DNA from: Acidobacteriota bacterium
Lineage (GTDB): Bacteria; Acidobacteriota; Thermoanaerobaculia; Gp7-AA8
NCBI GenBank assembly: GCA_019244185.1
Contig: JAFATB010000018.1
Location: forward strand, 1-64,000
Length of the DNA: 64,000 bases
Direction of reading: 5' to 3'
Positions 29,045-38,201 of this stretch are shown here, piece by piece. The position numbers were made by a program, and so were the translations under genes. Positions within the stretch are counted from its first letter, which is position 1. The number at the start of each line of letters is the position of its first letter. Below the pieces are notes generated by a model. That model did not search any database, had not been told where the DNA came from, and worked only from the letters and a program-made list of their open reading frames with translations.

Positions 29045-29600
29045 GCACGGCGGAGAACTCGGCGTCGTTGCCGATCTCCTTGCGCGCCTTCTCGAGCGCG
29101 GCCTCCGCGTCTTTGGCGCGGTAGCCGAGGTTGAGGAGGGCGGAGTGGACGTCATCGTCGATGGAGGTGCGCGTCGGCGCGACCGGCGCGGACTCCGGCA
29201 CGGGCGCGAGCTTGTCGCGCAGTTCGAGACAGATCCGCTCCGCGGTCTTCTTGCCGATGCCGGGGATCGACGAGAGCTTGCGGGTGTCGCTGCGCGCGAC
29301 GGCGTCGGCGAGATCGTGCGCGTCGATGCCGGAGAGAATCTTCTGCGCGACGGTCGGGCCGATCCCGGAGATCGAGATCAGCTTCTCGAACGCGATCTTC
29401 TCCTCGCGCGTGGCGAAGCCGTAGAGCGCGAGGGCGTCTTCGCGCACGTGCGTATGGATTTCCAGCGCGACTTCCCGCTGTCCTTCCAGCCGGTAGTACG
29501 TCGAGAGGGAGATGTGCACCTCGTAGCCGACGCCGCCCGTGAGGACGAGCGCGCGCGTGGCGTCGAGCTGGCGGAGCGTGCCTTCGAGATAGCCGATCAT
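29013..29600 (-). CDS. ruvA: Holliday junction branch migration protein RuvA
   Basis: MIGYLEG..GVGYEV..HVRED..LYGF..ISGIGP..IPGIGKKTAERICLEL..ALLNLGY. Confidence 0.95.
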   Translation of the reverse strand: MIGYLEGTLRQLDATRALVLTGGVGYEVHISLSTYYRLEGQREVALEIHTHVREDALALYGFATREEKIAFEKLISISGIGPTVAQKILSGIDAHDLADAVARSDTRKLSSIPGIGKKTAERICLELRDKLAPVPESAPVAPTRTSIDDDVHSALLNLGYRAKDAEAALEKARKEIGNDAEFSAVLRAALRQLTR

Positions 29601-29605
29601 GCGCG

Positions 29606-31015
29606 TTACTTCCGCCGCCAGCGCGTGCCGGCCGGCGTGTCCTCGAGCAGGATGCCGCGCGCGTCGAGCTCGTTGCGCAGGCGGTCGGACTCGGCGAAGT
29701 TGCGCGCCTTGCGCGCGGCATTGCGCGCGGCGATGAGCGCCTCGATCTCTGCGTCGAGGTTCCGCTCGCGCGCGGGGAAGAGATCGAGCACCGGATCGAC
29801 CTTCATCAGCGCCGCCTGAATGCCGGCGGCGTCGGACGCGGAGATGCGGCCGGCGTCGATGGCGCTGTTCGCGTCGCGGATGAAGGTGAAGAGCGCGCCG
29901 AGCGCGCCGGCGGTGTTGAGATCGTCGTCCATCGCTTCCTGGAACTCGCCGAGGAACTTGCCGATGAGGGCGTCGCCGCCCTCGTCCGCGTGCGCGGCGT
30001 CGTGCGGTGCGGACTTCGCGACGTCGTCGAGGCGCAGCAGGAACGACTCGATGCGCGCGAGCGCGGCCTTCGCGTCGTCGAGCGACTGCGTGGTGAAGTT
30101 CAGCTTCGTGCGGTGCGGCACGGAGAGCAGCGCGTAGCGCAGCGCGAGCGCGTCGTAGCCCATCTCCTCGATCTCGCGGATCGTGTAGATGTTGCCGAGC
30201 GACTTCGACATCTTCTGCGCGTCGATGTTGAGATGCTCGCCGTGCACCCAATAGCGCACGAACGGCTTGCCGGTCGTGCCTTCGCTCTGCGCGATCTCGT
30301 TCTCGTGGTGCGGAAAGATGAGATCGACCGCGCCCGTGTGGATGTCGAAGGTCTCGCCGAGGAGATCCATCGCCATCGCGGAGCACTCGAGGTGCCAGCC
30401 GGGACGCCCTTCGCCGAGGGGCGTCTGCCACGACGGCTCGTTGTCTTTTTTCGCTTTCCAGAGCACGAAGTCGCGCGCGGACTCCTTCTCGTACTCGTCG
30501 GCTTCGATGCGGCTGTACTCGCTGCTCGTGTCGATCTCGACGCGCGAGAGCTTGCCGTAGTCGGGGAGCGTCGCCACGCGAAAGTACGTCGAGCCGTCGG
30601 CCTCGTAGGTGTGGCCGCGAGAGGTAAGCTGCTGGACGAGGGCGACCATCTCGGTGACGTACTCGGTCGCGCGCGGATAGTGATCGGCCTTGCGGATGCG
30701 CAGCTTCGCGAGCGAGTCGTGGAACGCGTCGACGTAGGGCGCGGTGTAGGTGCGGATGTCCTGGCCGGCCGCGTTCGCGTTGCGGATGATCTTGTCCTCG
30801 ACGTCGGTGATGTTCATGACCTGCGTGACGCGCAGGCCGCGGTATTCGAGGTAGCGCCGCAGCAGATCGCTCCAGAGGAACGTGCGCAGGTTGCCGATGT
30901 GCGGATGGTTGTAGACCGTCGGACCGCACGAGTACATCCGGACCTCGCCCGGCTGCAGCGGAACGAACGGTTCCTTCTCGCGCGTCAGCGTGTTGAAGAG
31001 CTTCAAGTCCGACAT
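29606..31015 (-). CDS. cysS: Cysteine--tRNA ligase
   Basis: CGPTVYNHPHIGN, GRPGWHLEC, FPHHENE, KMSKS. Confidence 0.97.
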   Translation of the reverse strand: MSDLKLFNTLTREKEPFVPLQPGEVRMYSCGPTVYNHPHIGNLRTFLWSDLLRRYLEYRGLRVTQVMNITDVEDKIIRNANAAGQDIRTYTAPYVDAFHDSLAKLRIRKADHYPRATEYVTEMVALVQQLTSRGHTYEADGSTYFRVATLPDYGKLSRVEIDTSSEYSRIEADEYEKESARDFVLWKAKKDNEPSWQTPLGEGRPGWHLECSAMAMDLLGETFDIHTGAVDLIFPHHENEIAQSEGTTGKPFVRYWVHGEHLNIDAQKMSKSLGNIYTIREIEEMGYDALALRYALLSVPHRTKLNFTTQSLDDAKAALARIESFLLRLDDVAKSAPHDAAHADEGGDALIGKFLGEFQEAMDDDLNTAGALGALFTFIRDANSAIDAGRISASDAAGIQAALMKVDPVLDLFPARERNLDAEIEALIAARNAARKARNFAESDRLRNELDARGILLEDTPAGTRWRRK

Positions 31016-31041
31016 GGCGGGTGGATTATAAGGTTGCGTTC

Positions 31042-31827
31042 ATGCTCACACGCTCCGCGTTCGCCGATCATTTCGCCCATCGTGCCGTGTTCGGCATGAT
31101 CCATCTGCGCGCGCTGCCCGGCGCGCCGGCGTTCGTGTCGATGAGCGAGGTGCTGGGCGCCGCGCTGCGCGATGCGCGCGCGATTCGCGACGGCGGCTGC
31201 GACGGTCTCGTGATCGAGAACTACGGCGACGTGCCGTTCACGAAAGGGCGCGTCGACGCGGAGACGGTCGCGGCGATGACGCGCGCGATCGCGGAGGTCG
31301 CGCGCGAGGTGCAGCTGCCGTTCGGCGTGAACGTGCTGCGCAACGACGCGCGCTCGGCGATCGCCATCGCGGCGGCGACGGGCGCGGCGTTCATCCGCGT
31401 CAACGTGCTCGCCGGCGCGATGCTCACCGATCAGGGGATCATCGAAGGAGACGCCTACGCGACGCTGCGCGCGCGTGCGGCGCTTGCGCCCGAGGTGCTC
31501 GTCTTCGCCGATCACCTCGTGAAGCACGCGACACCGCTCGGCAACGTCGACGCCGTGCAGTCCGCGAGAGACCTCCGGCATCGCGCCGGCGCCGACGCGA
31601 TCATCGTCAGCGGCGCCGAGACGGGCGCGCCCGCCGACGCGTCGCGCCTCGCCTCGCTGCGCGAGGCCGTTCCCGACGCTCCGCTACTCGTAGGGAGCGG
31701 ACTGACCGCGGACAACGCGAGCCACTACGACGCCGACGCCGCGATCGTCGGCACCGCGCTGAAAGACAGCAGCGGTGCCGTCGACCGCGCACGCGTCGCG
31801 GCGGTCGTGGCCGCGTTCAAGCGGTGA
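31042..31827 (+). CDS. BtpA/SgcQ family TIM-barrel protein
   Basis: GMIHLRALPG, IENYGDVPF, GVNVLRND, ADHLVKHA; ATG 31042 preferred (TAAGGT 7 nt upstream). Confidence 0.9.
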   Translation: MLTRSAFADHFAHRAVFGMIHLRALPGAPAFVSMSEVLGAALRDARAIRDGGCDGLVIENYGDVPFTKGRVDAETVAAMTRAIAEVAREVQLPFGVNVLRNDARSAIAIAAATGAAFIRVNVLAGAMLTDQGIIEGDAYATLRARAALAPEVLVFADHLVKHATPLGNVDAVQSARDLRHRAGADAIIVSGAETGAPADASRLASLREAVPDAPLLVGSGLTADNASHYDADAAIVGTALKDSSGAVDRARVAAVVAAFKR

Positions 31828-31830
31828 ACG

Positions 31831-31989
31831 TCAAAGCGCCCGTCGACCGGTCGCGAGCCGGTAGATGATGAGAATCAGCGCGATGACGAGCAGGATGTGG
31901 ATCAGCCCTCCGCCGATGTGGACGACGAAGAAGCCGGCGAGCCACAGGATGAGAAGAACGACGATGATCAACCAAAGCAAATTGCCCAT
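31831..31989 (-). CDS. lmo0937/DUF5670-like small membrane protein
   Basis: MGNLLWLIIVVLLILWLAGF..GGLIHILLVIALIL..GRR. Confidence 0.85.
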   Translation of the reverse strand: MGNLLWLIIVVLLILWLAGFFVVHIGGGLIHILLVIALILIIYRLATGRRAL

Positions 31990-32002
31990 GCGCGGCTGAG
32001 TT

Positions 32003-32018
32003 TGCAAGCGCACTGCCG
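32003..32018 (-). promoter_or_regulatory. Putative sigma-54-like promoter of the lmo0937-like gene
   Basis: Minus strand CGGCAGTGCGCTTGCA (GGCA-N6-TTGCA). Confidence 0.5.
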
Positions 32019-32139
32019 ACCTCGCCGGGACGTTCCAGCTGCGCTCGTCACTGACGGCCGCGTCCGCCGACAAACGTCCTGATTCAAGGAGCTTGCTTCC
32101 GGAATCGGGGACGTATTAAATTGTTATCTGTAGTACTCC

Positions 32140-33108
32140 ATGACGGATCACGCACAGCTTCTCCTCGTCGAGGACGACGAGAATCTCTCGCTCCTTCTGC
32201 GCCGGCGGCTCGAGCGCGCCGGGTATGTCGTGCGCACGGCGGGGACGATCGCCGAAGCGCGCGCCGCGGCCCGGGTCATGCCGTGGGACCTCGTGCTGCT
32301 CGACCGCGGACTGCCCGACGGCGACGGCTTCGAGCTCTGTCGCGAGCTGCGCGCGGCGTCTCCGCACGGCTACATCATCCTGCTCACGGGCGAGTCGAGC
32401 GACGAAGCGAAGCTCGACGGGTTCCGCAGCGGCGCGGACGACTACGTCACGAAGCCGTTCCTCCACGAGGAGCTCTTCGCGCGCATCCGCGCCGGCATCC
32501 GCATCGTGACGCTGCAGCGCGCGCTGCTCGAGTCGAACCGCCGCCTCGAGGAGCTCTCGCTCACCGACGGCCTCACCGCGCTGCGCAACCGCCGCGCGTT
32601 CGACGAAGAGCTCGCCGCCGCGCACGAGCTCGCGCGCCGCTACGACCGGCCGCTGTCGCTGGCGATCATCGACGTCGATCACTTCAAGGGGATGAACGAC
32701 ACGCACGGCCACGCCGCGGGCGACGCGGTGCTGCGCGCGGTGGCGCAGCTCATCGCCGGCAGCACGCGCGCGACCGATTTCGTGGCGCGCATCGGCGGCG
32801 AGGAGTTCGCGGTGCTGCTCCCGGAAACCGGCCTCTTTGACGCGATGCAGTTCGCGGAGAAGATCCGCGCGTCCGTCGCCGCGGCTACGATCCGCACGGG
32901 CGAGGTCGCGCATCGCATCACCGTCAGCGTCGGCATCGCCAGCGAGCCGCATACGTCGATCACGAACGCGACGTGTCTGTTCGAGGCGGCGGATCAGGCG
33001 CTGTACCGCGCGAAGCAGAACGGCCGCAACCGCGTCGAGCTCGAACGGCGCCGCGCGCCGCGCAAAGTGGCCGCGGCGGCGCGGCCTCTCCAGATCGCAA
33101 CGTCATAG
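32140..33108 (+). CDS. REC-GGDEF diguanylate cyclase (WspR/PleD-like)
   Basis: LLLVEDD REC; TDGLTALRNRR, DVDHFK, RATD I-site (RxxD) before GGEEF. Confidence 0.92.
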   Translation: MTDHAQLLLVEDDENLSLLLRRRLERAGYVVRTAGTIAEARAAARVMPWDLVLLDRGLPDGDGFELCRELRAASPHGYIILLTGESSDEAKLDGFRSGADDYVTKPFLHEELFARIRAGIRIVTLQRALLESNRRLEELSLTDGLTALRNRRAFDEELAAAHELARRYDRPLSLAIIDVDHFKGMNDTHGHAAGDAVLRAVAQLIAGSTRATDFVARIGGEEFAVLLPETGLFDAMQFAEKIRASVAAATIRTGEVAHRITVSVGIASEPHTSITNATCLFEAADQALYRAKQNGRNRVELERRRAPRKVAAAARPLQIATS

Positions 33109-33143
33109 AGCGCAGCCGCCATCCGACGAAGCGAAGTCCAGAG

Positions 33144-33259
33144 CAGCCGCACGTGCGGATAGGCTCGGCCTTTAGCGCAGCCGGCCGGGCCGGCCAGCCG
33201 CACGTGCGGATAGGCTAGGCCCTTAGCGCTGTCGGCCGGGCCGACCGGCCGCGCCGGCC
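33144..33259. repeat. REP-like element, two direct ~51-bp copies between convergent genes
   Basis: CAGCCGCACGTGCGGATAGGCT(C/A)GGCC(T/C)TTAGCGC.. at 33144 and 33195. Confidence 0.8.
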
Positions 33260-33265
33260 TGCAGC

Positions 33266-34633
33266 TCATTCGCCTTCGTTGGGGTCGACGGTGGCGGCGG
33301 CGGTGAGCTCGGCCGATGCGGCCGCGTACTCCGGCAGCTCCGCATCCGTCTTCACGTACTGCGCGACCAGCTCGCGCGTGTTGAAGACGGCCAGCTTCTC
33401 CATCAGGAACTCGAACTTTGCCTCGATCGCGTCGACGATCGGCTGCTTCGCGGACGCGGGAAGGTCCCACATCTGCTGCTTGAACGGACCGATCGCCTTC
33501 TTGCGCGTCTTGTAGACGAACTGCTCGTCCGTCTCGCCCGCCTTGCGTTCGTCGAGGCAATGCTCGAAGCAGAAATTGCGGATCGCTTCCTTCATCTCGG
33601 CGGGCAGCGACGGCGCGTCGAGGATCATGTTCTGGAAGCCGGTGGCGAGATGGATCTCCACCGCGTTGTTTTCGGGGAAATGATTGAAGACCTCCTCGGG
33701 CAGCGTCGACGCGCCGTGCTGCACCGAGCCGGCGATGTGGTATTCGCCGCGGCAGATCTCCGTCGTCGTGCGCAGCACGCCGAAGTCGATCTTCGCCGCG
33801 GCGATGGTGCCGTCGGCCATCGGCACTCCGCCGTGCGACGTGCCGGTCTGCACCGAAATCTTCGCGATGCCGGGATCGCCGCCGAGCTCGCGCCGCAGGC
33901 CGTCGACGTACGCGCGGACTTCATCGGGCGTCGTGTTGTACTTGCCGACCTCGCCGATCTCGCCGCCGATGGAGACCTCGACGCCGCGCGGCTGCCGCTC
34001 GCGGATGTACTTCGTGAAATGCGCGGTGTAGGTGTAGTTCGTGTGCTGCTGCTCGTCGCGCGTCGGGAACGAGAGATCGACGAGCGTCGAGGTGTCGATG
34101 TCGATGTTGTAGAACTCCGCGGCGAGCGCCTCGTCGATGAGCGACTCGAGCGCCTTCACTTCCGCCGCGCGTCCGTCGTCGGTGGCCCACTTCTTCGCGC
34201 TGGCCTGGAAGTGATCTCCCTGAATGAAGACCGGACCCGTGTAGCCTTCCGCGAGCGCCGCGGCGAGGACGCACGCCGCGTACTCGCCGGGACGCTGTTC
34301 GGTGTAGCCGATCTCCGAGCGCGCGATCTCGAAGATGAACGCGCCGACGTCGTGGCGCATCGCCGCGCGGAACAGCGCCCGCGCGACGTCGTACGTCAGC
34401 GCGCGGATGTTGAACGCCGGCACGGTGAAGCGCCGCTGGATCTCGTCGCGGCCGAGCGCCTGATACAGCGGATAGATCGACGACGGCACAGCGCCGCTCT
34501 GCCGCGCGCGATGGTGGATCGTCTTGCGTGCTTCTGCCTTTGCCGAGGCATCGCTGCTGAAGACCGCCGTCCGGACCAGGCTATCGATTTCTGCGTCGCT
34601 CATGGCGGCGCACTCTAGCAAAATTCGCTTCAT
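33266..34633 (-). CDS. Class II fructose-bisphosphate aldolase family protein (long form)
   Basis: VPAFNIR, QGDHFQ, GEIGEVG, GTSHGG, VQHGASTLP; ATGA overlap with the upstream hydrolase. Confidence 0.85.
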   Translation of the reverse strand: MKRILLECAAMSDAEIDSLVRTAVFSSDASAKAEARKTIHHRARQSGAVPSSIYPLYQALGRDEIQRRFTVPAFNIRALTYDVARALFRAAMRHDVGAFIFEIARSEIGYTEQRPGEYAACVLAAALAEGYTGPVFIQGDHFQASAKKWATDDGRAAEVKALESLIDEALAAEFYNIDIDTSTLVDLSFPTRDEQQHTNYTYTAHFTKYIRERQPRGVEVSIGGEIGEVGKYNTTPDEVRAYVDGLRRELGGDPGIAKISVQTGTSHGGVPMADGTIAAAKIDFGVLRTTTEICRGEYHIAGSVQHGASTLPEEVFNHFPENNAVEIHLATGFQNMILDAPSLPAEMKEAIRNFCFEHCLDERKAGETDEQFVYKTRKKAIGPFKQQMWDLPASAKQPIVDAIEAKFEFLMEKLAVFNTRELVAQYVKTDAELPEYAAASAELTAAATVDPNEGE

Positions 34634-36342
34634 TTGACGGCGGGCAGCACGTACTGCGGGAACAGCTTGTTCTGCGCGACCATCGTGGCCGGGCCGTCGC
34701 CGTAGTTGCCGCCGAAGAACGCGGCGGCGAGGTCGAGCTCCGGCACGATCATCACCACCTGCCCGCCGTTGCCCGCCGCATAGACCACGCGCACCTTTCG
34801 GTCGCGGTACGGCATCTCCTCGACGTACCAGAGGCGTCCGTACTTGCGGTTGCCGAAGTCGTACAGCGGCGAGGTCGAATGCTTCACCCAATCAGCGCTC
34901 ACGATCTGCTGGCCGTGCCACTTGCCGCCGTCGAGATAGAGCTGCCCGAACTTCAGGAAGTCGCGCGGCGTGAAGCGCGCGCCGCCGCCCATGTACGCGT
35001 CGCCGGTCGGCGTGAGCCAGAGCCCGTACCGGCGGATCTGCAGCGGCGCGGCGACGGCGTCGCGGAAGAGATCGGCCAGCCAGCGGCCGCGCACGCGCTG
35101 CAGGACGCCGCCGGCGAGGTTCGGCTGGCAGCTGCAATAGACCATCTTCACGCCCGGCTCGCGGATGCTCTTCAGATCCAGCGTGTAGCGGTACCAGTCG
35201 GGCTGCGCCTCCTGGTTCTGCATCACGTCTTCGTTGCCGGGCGAGTCGTCGTCGTTGTCGTCGCAGTCGAGTCCCGACGTCTGCGTGAGCAGGTGCTCGA
35301 GCGTCAGCGCGCTCTTGCGCGGATCGGCGTTGGGCGTGCCGGTCATCGTCGCGTACACGGGCGTCGACGCGTCGACGTGCAGCGCGCCCGCGAGGACGTC
35401 GGTGACCGACTTCGCCGCCGAGCGCGTGTCGTGCGGCTCGTCGGGACTGGCGCCGTGAAAGTACTCCTCGACCACGAGCTTGCCGTGGCGGGCGACGAGC
35501 AGCGCGTGGATGTCGGACGAGCGCACCGACTCGACCGGCATGCTGGTCAAGAGGTTGACCAACGTCGTGACGGCGGCGCGATCGATCCCGACGTCGTCGA
35601 TGGACGCGACGGTCCAGCCGTCGTCGCGCGCGAGCGGCTTGCGATAGACGTACGGCGCGGGCGTCTTGCCGCGCGGATAGAACGCCGCCTCGTCCGCCGC
35701 CGACGCGCGCGTGAAGTCGTACGTGCCGCCGAGCCACGGGAACGACATCGACAGCACGTCGTTCTCGGCGTCGTACCGGCCGCCGGCGATGCCGCGGCCG
35801 CCCTTCCCGGTGAACGTCACGCGTTCGCCGTCGACGGTGATGGTTTCCGGGTTGTTGCGCAGGCCGATGTTGCGCTCCGGATTGCGCAGGAATCCCGAGA
35901 GCTTGCCCGACGCGTCGCGCGCGATCGACAGATACAGCGCGACGTGATCGTCGAGCGGCGCGACGGTGCCGCGATAGAGCGCGGGCGACACGGCGTCGAG
36001 CGTCACCGGCGTCGCCATCGAGCCGGGGAACGAATACGCGCGGGGCTGGATCCAGTGTCCGACGATGCGCTTCTGCGCGAGCGTGCCGCGGAAACGTCCC
36101 TCGTCGTTCGGCAGCGCGAACGTGACGTTCGCGCCGTCGACCGCCACGTCCGCCTCGCGTCCCGCGATTTGCGCGCGCCACGCGTTGCCGTCGCGCACGA
36201 GCTCCAGCGTGCCGCGTATGGACGGTCCAAAATCGCGGCGCGCCGCCCACAAGCCCACGAGCGACGGCGGCTCCGCGGCAGTTGGTGTTTGTGCCGCGAA
36301 GAGCGGCATGGCCAGCGAGAGAACGAGCATGAGTGCCTTCAT
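34630..36342 (-). CDS. Secreted serine hydrolase (beta-lactamase/class C family)
   Basis: Signal peptide MKALMLVLSLAMPLFA; SxxK (RSAAKS), HLLTQTSGL, YCS, AGNGGQ. Confidence 0.88.
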   Translation of the reverse strand: MKALMLVLSLAMPLFAAQTPTAAEPPSLVGLWAARRDFGPSIRGTLELVRDGNAWRAQIAGREADVAVDGANVTFALPNDEGRFRGTLAQKRIVGHWIQPRAYSFPGSMATPVTLDAVSPALYRGTVAPLDDHVALYLSIARDASGKLSGFLRNPERNIGLRNNPETITVDGERVTFTGKGGRGIAGGRYDAENDVLSMSFPWLGGTYDFTRASAADEAAFYPRGKTPAPYVYRKPLARDDGWTVASIDDVGIDRAAVTTLVNLLTSMPVESVRSSDIHALLVARHGKLVVEEYFHGASPDEPHDTRSAAKSVTDVLAGALHVDASTPVYATMTGTPNADPRKSALTLEHLLTQTSGLDCDDNDDDSPGNEDVMQNQEAQPDWYRYTLDLKSIREPGVKMVYCSCQPNLAGGVLQRVRGRWLADLFRDAVAAPLQIRRYGLWLTPTGDAYMGGGARFTPRDFLKFGQLYLDGGKWHGQQIVSADWVKHSTSPLYDFGNRKYGRLWYVEEMPYRDRKVRVVYAAGNGGQVVMIVPELDLAAAFFGGNYGDGPATMVAQNKLFPQYVLPAVK

Positions 36343-36992
36343 GAGGAAGCCTGCCTTTCCAGCCAGTCGACGAGCGGCCCTTTGCCGCTCTGCATGTTTT
36401 TCCGCAGCGCCGCGCACGCGCCGCGGAGATCGCGTTTGCGAAGTTTCGCGAGCACGAGGTCGTGCTCGTGCGCGGTGTTGCCCACGTTCGTCTCGTCGCG
36501 CATGAGCGCCAGCTCGTAGCGTCGCGTGCGGCGGATGAAGTGCTGGATGAGATCGAGGAGCACGCGGTTCGGGCAGTCCGCGAGCAGCTCGAGGTGGAAG
36601 CGGTCGTCGAGCGCGATGATGTCTGCCGGTTTGCGCGCCTTGCGCAGCGACTCGTTGATGGCCGTCAGCGCGCGCAACCGCTCCGCCGAGGGCAATCCCG
36701 CCAGCCGCAGCGCCTCGGGATCGAGCAGAGCGCGCATCGGATAGATCTGCTCGAGCTCCTCCCGCGTCAGCGGCGCCACGTAAAACCCGAAGCGCGCCTG
36801 CACGGTCAGCGCGCCCTCGGACACGAGCCGCATCAGCGCCTCGCGCAGCGGCGTGCGGCTGATCCCGAGCGCCGCCGCGAGATGGACCTCGTTGATCCGC
36901 GATCCCGCCGCGAGCCGCCCGTCCACGATCATCTCCCGCAGCGTCTCCGCGATCGATTCGCTGAGGTTCGGCCGTTCCTGCATCTTCTGCAT
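36339..36992 (-). CDS. GntR (FadR/FCD subfamily) transcriptional regulator
   Basis: LGISRTPLREAL wHTH; DDRFH..N..EH FCD motifs. Confidence 0.92.
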   Translation of the reverse strand: MQKMQERPNLSESIAETLREMIVDGRLAAGSRINEVHLAAALGISRTPLREALMRLVSEGALTVQARFGFYVAPLTREELEQIYPMRALLDPEALRLAGLPSAERLRALTAINESLRKARKPADIIALDDRFHLELLADCPNRVLLDLIQHFIRRTRRYELALMRDETNVGNTAHEHDLVLAKLRKRDLRGACAALRKNMQSGKGPLVDWLERQASS

Positions 36993-36999
36993 ATTGCAT

Positions 37000-37011
37000 A
37001 CTGTATACAGT
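37000..37011. promoter_or_regulatory. Palindromic operator ACTGTATACAGT overlapping the gntR -10 (likely autoregulatory site)
   Basis: Perfect 12-bp palindrome with a GTATAC core typical of GntR boxes, 7 nt upstream of the ATG. Confidence 0.55.
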
Positions 37012-37053
37012 TCATACGGAGAAGGCGAACGAAGGTTAGGGGTGCGGGGAAAA

Positions 37054-37428
37054 TCAGCGGGAGGTGGCGCCGATGTGGGCGCGGATGGTCTCGACGAGCG
37101 ACGGCACGTCGAACGGCTTGAGCACCGCCGCGGTCGCGCCGATGGCGCGCAGCTCGTCCGGCTCGATCGGCTCGCCGCTCAGCATCAGCACCGGCACGCC
37201 ATCGAGGCCGTCCGCGCGCAGCGCGTGCAACACTTCGTCGCCCGACATTCCGGGCATGTTGCGGTCGAGCAGGATGATGTCCGGCGACTGCGCGCGCACG
37301 CTGGCAATCGCTTCCGGCCCGCTCGCCGCCGCACGTGCCTCGAAGCCGAATTCGCGCAAGAGATTGCGCATCAGCAGGAGAATCGGCGCGTCATCGTCGA
37401 CCACCAGGACAGTTGGACGTTCGGCCAT
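37054..37428 (-). CDS. Single-domain response regulator (CheY-like)
   Basis: MAERPTVLVVDDD..ILLDRNMPGMSG..VLKPF. Confidence 0.9.
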   Translation of the reverse strand: MAERPTVLVVDDDAPILLLMRNLLREFGFEARAAASGPEAIASVRAQSPDIILLDRNMPGMSGDEVLHALRADGLDGVPVLMLSGEPIEPDELRAIGATAAVLKPFDVPSLVETIRAHIGATSR

Positions 37429-37492
37429 TGGACGGACGGTCGCGAGTGTAACAGAACTCCCTGGGCGCTTACGCCGCGTGTAAAGTAAGCAG

Positions 37493-38176
37493 ATGCCGAT
37501 TCGACACGACCGGAAGGTCAGCATTCTCGACGTCATGGGACCGGTCATGGTCGGCCCGTCGAGCTCGCATACGGCCGGCACCGCGCGCCTCGGCCGCGTC
37601 GCGCGCGAGATCCTCGACGAGGACCCGCTCGAGGTGCATTTCCACCTCCACCCGCCCCTCGCCGCGACCTATCGCGGGCACGGCTCCGACTTCGCGCTCG
37701 TCGGCGGCGCGATCGGCCTCAACGTCGACGACCCGCGCATCCCCGAGGCGATCCGCATCGCCGAGCAGATGGGCGTGAAGATCGAGTTCGCCGAAGAGGA
37801 CCTCGGCGAGGTGCACCCGAACACGGTGCGCGTCGAGATCCGCGGACCGAATCGCGAGGCCGAGATCGTCGGCTCGTCGATCGGCGGCGGCGTGATCGAG
37901 GTCTTCAAGATCAACGGCTTCCAGACGCGCTTCAAAGGCGACTCGCCGACGCTGCTGCTGTTCTACCGCGACCGCCCGCGCATGATCGCGGAGGTGACCG
38001 GCATCATCGGCGACGAGGTCATCAACATCGCCTCGCTTTATTGCTCGCGCAAGCAGCGCGGCAAGGACGCATTCATGCAGATCGACGTCGATTCGCCGAT
38101 CTCGGCCGCGGCGCTGGCGCGCATACGCGCCATGGCCGACGTGGCCGAGGCGCGGTATCTCGATCGAATACCGTGA
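37493..38176 (+). CDS. sdaAB: L-serine dehydratase beta subunit with ACT domain
   Basis: GPVMVGPSSSHTAG, YRGHGSD, HPNT, SIGGG. Confidence 0.93.
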   Translation: MPIRHDRKVSILDVMGPVMVGPSSSHTAGTARLGRVAREILDEDPLEVHFHLHPPLAATYRGHGSDFALVGGAIGLNVDDPRIPEAIRIAEQMGVKIEFAEEDLGEVHPNTVRVEIRGPNREAEIVGSSIGGGVIEVFKINGFQTRFKGDSPTLLLFYRDRPRMIAEVTGIIGDEVINIASLYCSRKQRGKDAFMQIDVDSPISAAALARIRAMADVAEARYLDRIP

Positions 38177-38201
38177 TGCGTTTCGCCGTTACCTGAGGCG
38201 C

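Noticed and set aside
33144-33259. 51-bp direct repeats as a mini-CRISPR
   Set aside because: Only two abutting copies with no unique spacer; the same unit recurs inverted at 39137-39287, which fits a REP.
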